From: Mantamonas sphyraenae STR306
Taxonomy: Eukaryota > Protista > CRuMs
Direction of reading: 5' to 3'
Assembly (NCBI GenBank): GCA_026936335.1
Contig: JAPMXV010000035.1
Coordinates: 124,001-188,000 of the forward strand
Length of the DNA: 64,000 nucleotides
Part shown: positions 27,340 to 40,148 of the stretch, piece after piece
Layout: every line of letters starts with the position of its first letter
Numbering within the stretch: the stretch's first letter is position 1
Position numbers and translations under genes: made by a program
Notes under the pieces: generated by a model
Databases searched by the model: none
Told to the model about the DNA's origin: nothing
What the model saw: the letters and a program-made list of their open reading frames with translations, nothing else

Positions 27340-29050
27340 ATGAGTGATCAGGCACAGGCGTCTGCATCGACACCTGCGGTGGATATGTCCAGTGTGCGAC
27401 TGTCATACACCACCCATTCACGCAAGCAGCACTTTCACCGCGAGCACCAGCTGATGAACGTGCCGCTTCTCTCGGAGCTGTGTCTGAATGTGATGATCGA
27501 AAACTTTGAGGGTGAGTGCACTCTGTGAATGAAAGAATGGGAGGGGGGATGGGGATGGGGATGGAGCATGGTCCACATGGCATGCGTGGTACGCGTGTGT
27601 GTGTGTGTGTGGGTGTGTGAGAGCGAAAGAGAGGAGGGAGGAGGTTGGCTGCTGACCGTTACCCACGGGACTGCCCCACAGAGTATCCCATCACCCTGAA
27701 GGACCTGTTGCCCAAGCATCGCAACCGAATTGTGAAGGAGTTGCCCATCTCGCTGCCATTGGAGCTGTCTGCGGTGGAGATCGACGACGAGGCGTACTGG
27801 CAGCGTGCGGCGGAGCACCGTTGGCCCAACAACCAACCCAAGGAGCACGGCACCTCCTGGAAGCGCCTGTACTTTGAACGCCACGTCCAAGAGCTGGTGG
27901 AAAACTTTGACCCGCATCTGGTGCTGTACAACATTGGCAGTAGCAGTAGCAGTAGCAGCAGCAGCAGCAGCAGTAGCAGCAGCAGTGGCGGCGGAGGCAA
28001 GGGCAAACGCGTAGGGATCTCTGGCCGCAGCGGCGGTGGAAACAGCAGCGGGAGCTCGACAAGCGGAGAGGAGGAGACGAAAGAGGAGGGATTGACGCAA
28101 CAGGAGCTGTTGAAGGAGATGGAAATCAGCAAGGACCACGTGTACAGCCTGACGCTGCGACAACTTGTGTCGCACATGGACATTGGCATCCTCATGCATG
28201 CCCTACCCAACCTCTACGAACTCAACCTCACATATGGAGTGGTTGAAGCCGGCGAAAGCTTCGACTGGAGCCTGTTTGGCATGCGTCTGCGCGACTGCCA
28301 TCACATGGCAAAGATGCTTCGCACCACAGAGACCCTCACCGTCCTCAACCTCAGCAACAACGCAATGGACGACGAGCGCTTCCGAATTATTTGCACAGGG
28401 TTGCTTCTCAACCAGACTCTGACCGAACTTGGTGCGTGAGGATTGCCGCCCCCGCCGCCCTGGGCCCCGTTGATCCATGTCACCCACACACACACGCTCA
28501 CACCCACCCCCTCTCTCTCTCTCTCTCTCTCTCTCCAATCGCTTTCCACACAGATTTTTCACACAATCTCATTGGAGACAGCGGTGCACGTGCAGTGGCC
28601 CGCGTGCTGGTGACCCCCAACTGCCTGGTGAACCTGAATCTGTGCGGCAACCAAATCGACACGCAGGGGGGCAAAGCGCTCGGGGCGGCGCTGAAGAAGA
28701 ACAACACACTGATGGCGTTGAACCTTCGCATGAACCAGCTCAAGGACAAGGGCGTCAAGCTTGTGCTGGAGGGACTCAAGAGCAACACCTCGCTGACGCA
28801 GTTGAACATCTCCTCCAACCAGATGGAGGTGGATGCCTCCAAGAGTCTGGGTTCCCTCTTCAAGATGAACAGCACCCTGACCAGCATCGACCTCTCGGGC
28901 AACAGTGACATCAAGGAGGACGGCGGCAAGCACATCCGCGACGCCCTCGAGTTTAACCGTTCCATCAAACACCTCGACCTGCGCAACGACGACATTGGCC
29001 AAGACAACGAAAACACAATTGCCGCACAGCTCAAGGGGCAAACTGTGTGA
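27340..29050 (+). CDS. TCTE1: Dynein regulatory complex subunit 5 (LRR)
   Basis: VPLLSELC, IDDEAYWQR, HGTSWKRLYFERH, FDWSLFGM, RNI-type LRRs; introns after 27511 and ~28431. Confidence 0.9.
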
Positions 29051-29081
29051 CACACAATGGAAAGCACTTGTTCTTCTCTGG

Positions 29082-30187
29082 TCACTCGCTGGTCTCCAGC
29101 TCCTTCACCAGCTCACGCGTCCTCTTGGTCACATCCTTGGCAGCTGCTGCATGCATGCCCTGGTTCTTCATGCTGACCAGGTAATACGGCAGATTCCACG
29201 CAGACTCCATGGCCACATCCGCCACAGTTTGCCTCTCTTCGTTCTGCCCCGCCTGTGCCTCAAGCACCTTCTCCCTGGCCTTGTCCAGCAACGAACGGTA
29301 ACTGCGGATCCTATCCATGCGTTCCCTTGACTCGCTGCTCATGTGTGCCCGTCGTTCCAGCCTGTGCACCTCCAGCTCCAGTCGTCCCGTTGTCTGCTTC
29401 ATGCCCAACGCCTCTGCCTGTACACTCTCCAGCTCCTTGTCCAGCTTACTCTCTGCATTCACCAGCATCCTCACCTCTGAGAATTGCTGGCTCTGTGAAT
29501 GACAAAAACGGGAAGCCAGGTGTGACTCGTTGTCAGCAGCAGCCCCGCGGGCGCGCGCGCGAAATCCCTTCACACACCCTCTCTCGCCCTCACCACCTCA
29601 CTCACTCACATGCTCTTTCATCAGGTTGCGCGCAAGATTCTCAAACGTAATGAGATGCGTGCGTGTGTCATATGTCTCGTGTGTGCGCCGATACCCGTCC
29701 AGACTCTCTTCAAAGTAGTGCTGCACAACCTCCATCGGATCATACCGGTTCTGCCCCATGTCCAACGGCACCGTCGAGTCTCCCACATGTGTCGTCCTCC
29801 CACGCGTCCTTTTGTGTCCTCCCTTGCTCCCTCTCTTTCCTTTGCTCCTCTGCCCACTCCTGCTCTCCCCTGCTGACGTGCTTTGTACAATCCTCATGCT
29901 GCTGCTACTGCTGCTGCTGCTGCTCACTGTCCTGCTCTCTTCCATCGCTTGCTCCGCTTGCTGTGCATACCGCTGCGCCTGCTGCTCCGCAAACTCCGTC
30001 ACCATGCTGCTGGCTGGCCGGGCAATCACCCGATTCGTTCTGTGCGAAAAATTTGGCGCCAAAACGTCGCACGTGTCAGCCACACATGCTTCTCACACAA
30101 CCGTCCACGCGCATCCTCCCGTCTCACAACCCATCCATGTTCATCCTCCACCTACTTTAGTTTCCGCCTCTCCCGGCGGGCGGACAT
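29082..30187 (-). CDS. Hypothetical coiled-coil protein
   Basis: Three exons joined in frame by GT-AG introns 30155-30040 and 29609-29493. Confidence 0.6.
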
Positions 30188-30224
30188 TGTGGGGGTTTTA
30201 CTTTTGCCTGCGCTCGCGCACACT

Positions 30225-31706
30225 TCACAGCGCTCCACTGCTCGGCACATGTGTCGAGGCACGCTCGTGACGCAGCTGCGAGTAGGCCACAGCAATGGCA
30301 ACAATGCCAGCGATGGAGGTGATGATGAACGTGGACTGGAAGCAGTCGACACCTGTGCAGATGTGGGTGTGGGCGCCGGCGGGCACGTGTGCATCGTAGA
30401 TCTCGCCCGAGACAAAGCCAAAGCCAAACACGCCAAAGGCACCGCCAAGCACGGCCAAACCGTAGTTGAGACCCAGCTTGGAGACGGGAAACTCCAGCGA
30501 CAGGATGGTGGGCACGATGGAAAAGAAGATGCCATAGGCGGAGCCCACAAAGACACACACAATTGGAAGCAGCTGCAGAGGTTCGATGAGAGCCAACACA
30601 TGGCCAATGGTCACCGAAATGGCGCTGATGAGCAGAAATGTGGACTTGGGCACCGAGGCAAACGCGTCGGTGAGCAACCCTGCCAACAAACGTCCCAGGA
30701 ACGAAAACAGGCTGATCAGAACCACCAGAATGTCCTGTGAGCCGTGCTTGCCACCCAATGAGATGACCATGGAGCCCACGTTGTTGATGACAAACACCGC
30801 CGAGCCGACAATGAGGAAGAAGAGGAAGAACACACGCCAGAACACCACCGAGCGGAACACCGCAAAGAATTCACGAAAATCAAACCGGTTCTGCTGTGTC
30901 TCCACCTCCTCCTGCTGCTGCTCCTGCTGCTGCTGCTGCTGCGTCCTGGACCCACCACCGGTGTGGTTGTCTGTTGTGGATGCGAGCGCACTCTTCTCGT
31001 CGGCGGCCTCTGCGTCGTCGTCAAAGGCCTTGTAGTTGGTGGACACATTGCGGGGCATGACACGCAGCGTGAGTGCGCCCAGGATGCCCGCCGAGGCGGT
31101 GCAGAAACACATAAAGAGCAGAAAGGGGCCCACGTGCGTGTGTGCAAAGGCGGCCTCAAAGATCTCGGTAAAGAGAGAGGCACTGAGTCCAAAGCAGGCA
31201 ACCATGATGCCCACCACCTTGCCACGATCCCTGCTGGGGAAATTCTTGACGTTTGTTACCAGGGAAGCGATGTACAGGCCGTGGTTGCCCTGGCCAATCA
31301 CAAACGTGAACACACACAGCAGCGCAACGGGCGGCACAAACAGACGCATGAAGGAGGCATACACGCAGAAGTAACCCACAGCCACGAGGCATGCGGCAAC
31401 AGTCGAGGTGAAGACGACGCCAAACTGGTCGTGCAGGGCGCCAATCAGCGCGCCACTGAATACACCGATGTTGCCAAAGCTGGCCACAGTGGAAATCTGG
31501 CTCTGGGACAGCGACAGCGCATGCTTGAGCGAGGGTCCGTAAATGGAAAACGCGTACAGCGAGCCAGCGTTCAGTTGCATGATGACGCCGATGACAAAAA
31601 GGCGAATGTATCGCAGGGCATCCGATTTGTCAAACGCACGCCCCTCCAGGTCGCTGAGACCTGGCACGACACTTCGCAGGCATTTGTTTCCTGCGTGTTC
31701 ACTCAT
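30225..31706 (-). CDS. MFS transporter (nodulin-like/Mch1 family)
   Basis: About 12 TMs; GSLYAFSIYGPSLK, NVKNFPSRDRGKVVG, ICTGVDCF; start could alternatively be ATG 31790. Confidence 0.9.
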   Translation of the reverse strand: MSEHAGNKCLRSVVPGLSDLEGRAFDKSDALRYIRLFVIGVIMQLNAGSLYAFSIYGPSLKHALSLSQSQISTVASFGNIGVFSGALIGALHDQFGVVFTSTVAACLVAVGYFCVYASFMRLFVPPVALLCVFTFVIGQGNHGLYIASLVTNVKNFPSRDRGKVVGIMVACFGLSASLFTEIFEAAFAHTHVGPFLLFMCFCTASAGILGALTLRVMPRNVSTNYKAFDDDAEAADEKSALASTTDNHTGGGSRTQQQQQQEQQQEEVETQQNRFDFREFFAVFRSVVFWRVFFLFFLIVGSAVFVINNVGSMVISLGGKHGSQDILVVLISLFSFLGRLLAGLLTDAFASVPKSTFLLISAISVTIGHVLALIEPLQLLPIVCVFVGSAYGIFFSIVPTILSLEFPVSKLGLNYGLAVLGGAFGVFGFGFVSGEIYDAHVPAGAHTHICTGVDCFQSTFIITSIAGIVAIAVAYSQLRHERASTHVPSSGAL

Positions 31707-31802
31707 GGGATGAGTGTGGAGGAATGGAGTTGACAGAGAAATCGGGGCGAGGGTTGCATCCACCCACGCAGCAAAACCAAACTCAGACATCCTCACACGA
31801 AC

Positions 31803-32345
31803 ATGAGCGACAACGACGAACGCACTTTTTGCTTTGCCATTGACCGTGGAGGCACGTTTACAGACGTGTACTGCTTTGTAAGTGGCCAATGGGGCCCGTG
31901 TGGAAGGGGGGGTCAAGCCGGAATGGAAGACAAAGACTTTTCCTGACACCGCCCGCACAACGGCAATACACAGAGCCCGCAATCGCCCGGATGGAGCCGC
32001 ACGATGAAACTGCTGTCGGAGGATCCGGAGAACTATGTAGACGCACCGCGGGAGGGGATTCGGAGGATTTTGGAGGAGGAAACCGGTGTGGCGCAGGACA
32101 AGAGCTGCGTGGACAGCACTCGCATCGAGTGGATCCGCATGGGAACAACTGTGGCCACCAATGCACTGCTGGAACGCAAGGGCGAACGTGTGGCGCTGTT
32201 CATCACAGCAGGGTTTGAGAACCTGCTTCAAATCGGAAACCAAGCGCGGCCGTTCATCTTTGATCTGGAAATCGTCAAACCCGACCTACTTTACGAGCAG
32301 GTGGTGGAAGTGAACGAGCGGGTGCAACTGGTTGGGCAAAGCGTG

Positions 32346-32376
<31 letters not shown>

Positions 32377-35300
32377 TCGACAATGTGCATGTGGGTGTCA
32401 CAGGCGAGCGTGTACGAGTGCTGCGTGCCCCGGACAAGGAGACAACCCTTGCGCAGCTGCAGGACGTGTACGACAGTGGCGTGCGAAGCATTGCGGTGCT
32501 GTTTATGCATTCCTACACATATGACAAGCACGAACAGCAGGTCGGCGCGTGGGCAAGGGAAGTTGGCTTTGAGCACGTCTCCTTGTCGTCTGCGCTGATG
32601 CCCATGGTTCGCGCAGTGCCACGCGGCCACACAAGCTGTGTCGATGCGTACCTGACGCCCGTCATTCGAAAGTACATCGAAAGCTTCCAGAGTGGATTCG
32701 ACGAGGCGTTGAGTGCCCCCGGCGCCAACAAGGTGTCGTTCATGCAGTCGGACGGAGGCCTTGCGCCAGTGCAACAGTTTACAGGCTACCGTGCCATCCT
32801 ATCGGGCCCCGCAGGCGGCGTGGTCGGCTATGCGTTGACCACATACAACCAGGAAACGGGACAGCCTGTGATTGGCTTTGACATGGGTGGCACCTCCACG
32901 GATGTGTCGCGGTACGACGGTCGGCTGGAGCACGTATTTGAGAACACGACGGCCGGCGTCACCATCCAGGCCCCACAGCTGGACATCAACACAGTGGCAG
33001 CAGGAGGTGGATCGCGGCTGTTTTTCCGATCCGGCATGTTTGTGGTGGGTCCTGAAAGCGCGGGGGCCCATCCGGGACCCGTGTGCTACCGCAAGGGAGG
33101 CCACCTGGCAGTCACCGATGCCAATCTGTTGTTGGGACGCATCATTCCAGACTACTTTCCGCATATCTTTGGTGAGGACGAAAAGCAGCCGTTGGATGTG
33201 GAGGCGACCCGGGCAGCGTTTGACGAGCTGACGGACGAGATCAACGCGGCAATGGACACGCAGATGAGCGCCGAAGAGGTGGCTTTGGGCTTCATCAAGG
33301 TGGCCAACGCTGCCATGGCCCGACCCGTGCGCAATCTGACCGAAGCCAAGGGCCACGACGTGAGCAAGCACGTGCTGGCGTGCTTTGGCGGGGCCGGTCC
33401 GCAGCACGCATGCGAAATCGCACGCGACCTGGGCATGAGCAAGGTGTTTGTGCACAAGAACGCCGGCATCCTCAGTGCCTATGGCATCGCTCTTGCAGAC
33501 ATTGTGTTTGAGGCGCAGGAGCCGTGTGCGCTGGTGTACACAGAGGCAAACGTGGAAGAAGCCGAGGAGCGTCTGACAGCACTGCGCACGCGCTGTGTGG
33601 AACAGCTCCACGAGCAGGGAGTTGCACAAGAAGGACATTGAGGTGGAGATGTACCTCAACATCCGCTACCAGGGCACAGACACGTCGATCATGACGCTGA
33701 AGCCCGGGTCGGACAGTGACAACACATACGCAGACAGCTTTCTGGCGCAGTACGAGTACGAATACGGGTTTACGCTTCCCGAGCGCGACCTGTTGATTGA
33801 CGATGTACGCGTGCGTGCCATTGGCAAGAGTGGGACACGTGTGGAGGCCGGCGGTCGTGTGGAGAGCGACGGCGAGACAGAGGTGCCGCAACCGGTGGGC
33901 ACTCACCCGTGCTACTTTGACCAAGATCACGGCTTTGTGGACACCCCCATCTACAAGCTGGGCAGTCTGGAGCCCGGTTGTGCGTTGGAAGGACCTGCAT
34001 TCATCATGGAGAGCACCTTCACGACGGTGCTGCTGCCAGGATGCACAGCACACATCACGGCGGCAGGCAACATTGAAATCGACATTGCGCTGCCGAAAGA
34101 TGCGTCTGTAGACACGAGTCTGGACTCGATCCAGCTGTCGATCTTTGCGCATCGGTTCATGAGCATTGCGGAGCAGATGGGTCGCACGCTGCAGCGCACT
34201 TCGATCAGCACCAACATCAAGGAGCGGCTGGACTTTTCGTGCGCCATCTTTGGTCCAGACGGAGGCCTGGTGGCCAACGCGCCGCATCTGCCGGTACACC
34301 TGGGCTCCATGAGTGAGGCTGTGCGTTGGCAAATCGAAAACGCAGAGTCGTGGCAGGAAGGCGAAGTGCTTGTGACAAACCACCCTGTGGCTGGCGGTTC
34401 ACACCTTCCGGACATCACGGTGATTTCGCCTGTGTACAACCAAGGCCAACCTGTGTTCTACGTGGCCAGCCGAGGCCATCACGCAGACATCGGATCGATT
34501 GCCAGCGGCTCGATGCCGCCGTTCTCAAAGACCCTGGAGGAGGAAGGGGCGTGCATCAAGTCGTTCAAGCTGGTGCGTGACGGAGTGTTCCAGGAGGAAG
34601 GCATCACGGAACTGCTGATGGCGCCTGGCAAGCTGCCCGTGGGACCGACAGGCTTGGCAAACAGCGGAACACGCAATCTGAGGGACAACCTGAGCGACTT
34701 GCGCGCACAGGTGGCGGCAAACAACAAGGGGATCCAGTTGACGCAGGAGCTGATGAAACAGTACGGGATCGAGGTGGTGCAAGCGTACATGGGCCACGTG
34801 CAGGACAACGCGGAGCTTGCGGTGCGCGACACGCTCAAGTCGATTTCGCTGGCACATGGTCTGGGCGAGGTGGACACGCTGCACTGCAGGGATTACATGG
34901 ACGATGGCACAGCCATCGATCTGAAGTTGACAATCGACCGCAGGGAAGGGAGCGCGGAGTTTGACTTTGAGGACAGTGGGCCCGAGGTATGGGGCAATTG
35001 CAACGCACCGACGGCGGTGACCCTGGCTGCCATCCTGTACAGCCTGCGCTGCCTGGTAGACATGGACATCCCGCTGAACCATGGGTGCCTGAAGCCCATC
35101 ACGGTAAAGGTGCCACCCAACAGCATCCTGAGCCCGAGTGACCATGCAGCGGTGGTGGGTGGCAACGTGCTCACGTCGCAGCGTGTCACGGACGTCATCC
35201 TGAGTGCGTTTGGCGCGTGTGCCAACTCGCAGGGTTGTATGAACAACCTCACCTTTGGCGACGACTCGTTTGGGTATTACGAGACAATCGCAGGCGGAGC

Positions 35301-35733
35301 AGGGGCCGGACCCACATGGCATGGGCAGAGTGGCGTGCAGACGCACATGACCAACACGCGCATCACCGACGTGGAAGTGTTGGAGCGACGCTACCCTGTG
35401 CTGGTGCGTGAATTTGGCCTTCGCCACGGCTCGGGCGGCGCAGGCCAGCATCGCGGAGGCGACGGTGTCGTGCGCGATCTGGAGTTTCTGCGCACGCTCA
35501 CAGTGAGCATCCTGAGCGAACGGCGCTCGCTTGCACCTCAGGGCATTGCCGGAGGCCATGACGGCGAACGGGGTGTGAATCTGCTGTTGCGCACTCGCGA
35601 GCAGCGCACAATCAACCTGGGCGGCAAGGGTTCGGTCCAAGTCGAGGCTGGAGACCGCATACGCATCCTCACCCCCGGGGGCGGAGGCTATGGTCAACCA
35701 AAGGAGGAGGAGGAGGAGGAGGAAGAGGCGTAA
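31803..35733 (+). CDS. OPLAH: 5-oxoprolinase (ATP-hydrolysing)
   Basis: [65 protein letters not shown]; intron 31878-31973; +1 frameshift at ~33633. Confidence 0.96.
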
Positions 35734-35935
35734 GAAGGGGATGATGCGACACGTTGGCGTTGTTGTCCCGAGGGGCTGAGAGTGAGTGAGCCACCAAGGT
35801 CGTACAAGGAGCGTTTGAGCGAGCGAGAGGAAAGGCGTGCACCGTGTTGGCGGTTTGCACGACGGGACAGGAGGGTGCGTTTGAACTGACGCATGGAGGC
35901 AGACACAAGAGTGGAACGGCTGAACGCGTGTTCTC

Positions 35936-35966
<31 letters not shown>

Positions 35967-36794
35967 TTGCTGGGTGGACCCGTGCAGAAATTGCGACTCC
36001 GGGGATGGCTGCCACCGGCGAGGTGCAACCTGTGGGTGACGAATGAATCGTGCAGATGGCAACGTCGCATTGGAAGCAGGAGGCGGCGGTGGGAGCAGGC
36101 CACGTTGATACACAGGGTCTGACGATCGGAAGAGCCTGAGGTCAGGCACGCACGGCTTCACCAGGAGCTGTAGACGCATCTGCAAACGCAGGCCGTAGGT
36201 GCAGGCACTTGCACGATAGTTGATAATGAATTGGGCTGCTTGGGGCACGATAGAGGCGAGATGGACGTGTCCTGCTTGCAGGAGGGTGTATCGCGGCGAT
36301 TCCTGATCAGTTTGCTCGGAAGCGGCGCACCACTGTTCGTGCACAGCGTGTTCCACTGCACAAGGAAGGGTCAGCAATGGTGTGTGACGGCGTTTTCATG
36401 CAAGGGAAGGAAGGGACCACGTACGGCAGGCAGACATGGACTTTGCGTGCAGGGTTTGATGGCAAGTGTGCGTCAGGAACGCGGTGCGCTGGAGCTGAAC
36501 GCAAACGGGTGTCAGTACGGGTCTGAATGAGGGTGAAACGCATTCAACGAGAACGTAGGTGGATAAACCTACATGCAACCAATGCAGAATGTCATGGACG
36601 GTGGCGCCGGAGTCAAAGTCGAGGCATGCGAGGGCGACAAGCACAACCGGCATCCAACTCCGCCGCTGGACAATGGCACACGCACGATCTACAGCCTCCC
36701 ACAAGAGAGCACTGGGATCGTGCTGCTGAGCATCCACATCGTCTATGAGCATGCTCGTGTCGTCCTCGTCGTCCTCCTCGTCGTACGTGGACAT
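35694..36794 (-). CDS. Hypothetical protein (multi-exon)
   Basis: ATG 36794, donor at 36572, acceptor near 36357 into ORF 35694-36377; no family recognised. Confidence 0.4.
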
Positions 36795-36886
36795 CGAGTG
36801 GGCCTTCGCTGTGCACGCGGGCGCAGGCAGAACAGCCCGCTCGGACACACACACACACACACACACACATATCACCAAGCACGACG

Positions 36887-39800
36887 ATGACGACAAAGAT
36901 AGCGTCGCCATCGTCGTCTTCAGTGAGTGGTGGTGGGAGTCCCGGACGGTCGGTGCCGTCGCAGCCACGGAACGGAGAGAGCGGGTATCGGCTGTTGTTC
37001 AACACACGGCAGTCGGGACGGGCCAAGAGCGAACCGGTGCTGCTGATGGAAACGTTGGAGGGTGTGGAGGGGGCATTGATGGACGGGGAGGAGCTTCGGT
37101 GCTGCTCACCGTTCCCACCGCTGTTTGCGGTGGGCACAAGTGCAGGGCGGGTGTTGATCTTCAACGCCGAAGGCATTCACCTGCTCAGCACGCCCATCCT
37201 GCACGATGAGGGTGCAGGCGTGCTGTGCGTGTGTCTGCAGCAATGGTGTGTGCTGACGGCAGGCGAGGACGGCCGCATTGTTTTCTACGATTGGATTCAG
37301 GACGACGTGTCGACGGTGGGCAACCGGGTCGACACGCATCTCACAGGGCTGGCAGCGACCGCCCTGTACAGACCAGAGAGCGGCAGTGTGTACTACGGCA
37401 CCTCCATCGGCACGGTGGTGTGTCGCAAACAGGGCATGTTTTGGTTCGTACAACGACGCCGTCGTGTTCTCAGACACATGGACGGCCGAAGCCATTTTCG
37501 GCGCCGCGTGGAGCAGCACCCAATCCCGCCGCGGACGCATGCAGAGTGAAATCATGCGCTACGCCTCTGCATCATCCAACAGTGTCGAAGACGACGACGA
37601 CGTGTTTGGAGACAACGATGCGGATCTGGTGGACGGATTCAGCGCGCTGAGTGTGCGGTAGGTTTTGTGCCCAAGTTTGTGTGTGTGTGTGTACAGGGCT
37701 GACACTCGGGAACCAACCACACCGATAATTGGGCAGGGACATGCTCCACGTACCTCCGTACGTGGTGTTCCGATGGCGAAAGGGTGTCTCTGTGTACAAC
37801 GCCAACACGGATTCGCTGGTGGGCTGCTTCTCCTTCGAGACAGCCTGCGACGAGCAGGGTAAGCAACAGGACGGGCAGCAACAGGGTGGAGAAGACGACG
37901 TGCAAGGCCTGGTGGCAGGACGTGGTGAAATGCACCTGCTGTCAGAGACGGAATGGCTGCTGCGCTGGGATCAGGAATTGTTTGCGGTGAAACTGCACAC
38001 GAAGAAGCCGCTGGAGGTGAGCAGCCGCTATTTGGTGGACGCACACATGCACATCCTACGCACTGCGTGTGTGTCCAAGTTTGTGTTGCTGTTGTACAGG
38101 GATCGAATGGACGGAGGCATCAAGCTGGGTCTGTTTCTGGTGCAGGGCCTGGTGCCCGTGGACGTGGTGACATTGCAGGAAGGTGGACAGAGTCGCAATG
38201 CATTGGGTGAGGAGGATTGGGCGCGTTGTGTACAGATGATGACGATGGACAGAAGCACGAATCGACTGTTGTACCAGATTGCCTCTGGTAGCACCCTGAG
38301 CTTCCCCATGGCCTCCACGGGGGCGTTGCTCCTGATCATGGGCACACGTACCATGCATCGGGTGCGCAAGTTGGAGGTGAGCGAGCGTGTGTTGTGGCTG
38401 ACGGAACACAAGGAGTTTTCGCGTGCGTTGTACCTGTGCCAGAAGAGCAAACGGCTGCGAGAGGCCATGGAAGTGGCTGATGCACAGGCACAGCATCTTT
38501 GGTTGCAAGGCAACCACAGCCGTGCGGTGGGCATTTGGGCAGAGTACATCCTGCCCAGTGCGCCGGCGCAGTATTGGGCTGCGTTTGCGCATCGATTGGA
38601 GGCTGCCGGGTACCCAGAGCTGCTGGAGCCGTTTTTGCCGTTCAACAACCGCAGTCTGTTGGGTGAAGAGGTGTACCACCGCATGCTGGTGCGCTACCTG
38701 GACAACGAAGACTACGAAGGGTTCCTTGAGCGAGTGTCGCGCTGGCCCGTGGTCTACGATGTAGAGGCGATGATTGCCCGCATCAAGCAGCAGCTGTGGG
38801 ACATGCAGGACAGCAAGGAGCAGGCATTGATGATGCGCATGAGTGGAGGGAGCAGTGGAGGTGCGTCGGGACTGGTGAACTTGCTGTCACCACACCGGGC
38901 ATCGTATGGCACCGAAGCCCTGGCCGGCTCGTTCACGGTGCTGTCACCGTCCAAGGCCAAACGTGGACGCAGTGGGCGGACGTTGGAGGTGGCCCGTGAC
39001 GAAAGCGACGAGGACCGGGACGAGGAGAGGGACGACGAAGATGCAGGGGACGACGAAGACAGCGGGGAGGATCATGACGACGAGGCGTTCAGGCAGCAGA
39101 GCATTCAAACGACCACAATGACCACAACAGAGGCGGGGGAACAGCGAAGGATGCTGGAACGACAGCGTCAAAGTCGTTTCCTGTACAAGGCGCTGTTCAA
39201 GTTGTACGAGTTTCGCAACGACTTTATGGAGGCTGTGCGTGTGCTTGTGGTGCTGCAGAGCGACAACACGATGGACTACTTTGTGGCAAACAAGGGATGG
39301 CAAGTGTTTCGCCTGGGTGAGTTTGCAGAGACGTCGTCCTCGTCCTCCTCCACCTCCTCCCAGGGCGGCGGCAGCGGCCTGTCGATCACGACGACACCGA
39401 CACGTGTGAAGAAGGACTTGCGTGTGAGCGGACCCAGCAGCCCCGGAGGACTGCGTGGACGTCGCATGGAACTGTCACCCGAGTCACCTCGCCTGAGCTC
39501 GTCGTCGGCGACGCTGGGCAGTGCATCGCTGGTGGCGTCGTCGTGGGGTATGCCTGCACCGTCACCGGTCACATCGTTGAGCGCAAAGCGCAAGCAATTT
39601 GTACGATACTCACAGAGCAATCCCGAGGTGGAACGTCGGCGCGAGCTGCTTGTGGATCTGCTGCGAATGGATGGGACACGCGTTGTGGAAGCGTTGGTGG
39701 ACCACCTGGACGATGTGCCAGCACATGATGTGCACACGCTGCTGGTGCACGAACCGCTGCTGCGTCTGATGTACCTGGAACAACTGTACAGCCGGGTGAA

Positions 39801-40122
39801 ACCCGGACGGAGCGCCTCGTTCCACAATGATCTCATCGCATTGTGTGTGCTGTTTGTCAGCGAAAACAGGGCGCATTTGCAGGGTTTGGAGGAGACGGTG
39901 CGACGCATGGGAACGCGTGCCGAGCAGGACGCAGACCTGCAGTTTGAAATCACCATGCTCAAGCGCGAGGTGGACGCCAAGTTGACGCTGCTGCACAAAA
40001 TCTTGCGCAGCAGCGATTGGTACGATGTGGATGAGGCTGCACGGGCCTGTGAAGAGTACGAGTTGGACACAGCCATGGAGATTGTGGTTGGTAGGCGCGA
40101 GAGTACCCAAGGCAAAGCATAA
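36887..40122 (+). CDS. VPS41: Divergent HOPS subunit Vps41-like (WD40 + clathrin-repeat solenoid)
   Basis: WD40 motifs (VLTAGEDGRIVFYD); ERVLWLTEHKEFSRAL and EVYHRMLVRYLDNEDYEGFLERVSRWP resemble Vps41; frameshift at ~37440; intron near 37658. Confidence 0.72.
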
Positions 40123-40148
40123 ATCGGACATTGTTGACGTGAGTGAGC

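Noticed and set aside
33620-33645. Programmed frameshift or split oxoprolinase (HyuA/HyuB-like) genes
   Set aside because: The break falls mid-domain with no slippery site; similar indels in six other places indicate assembly error.
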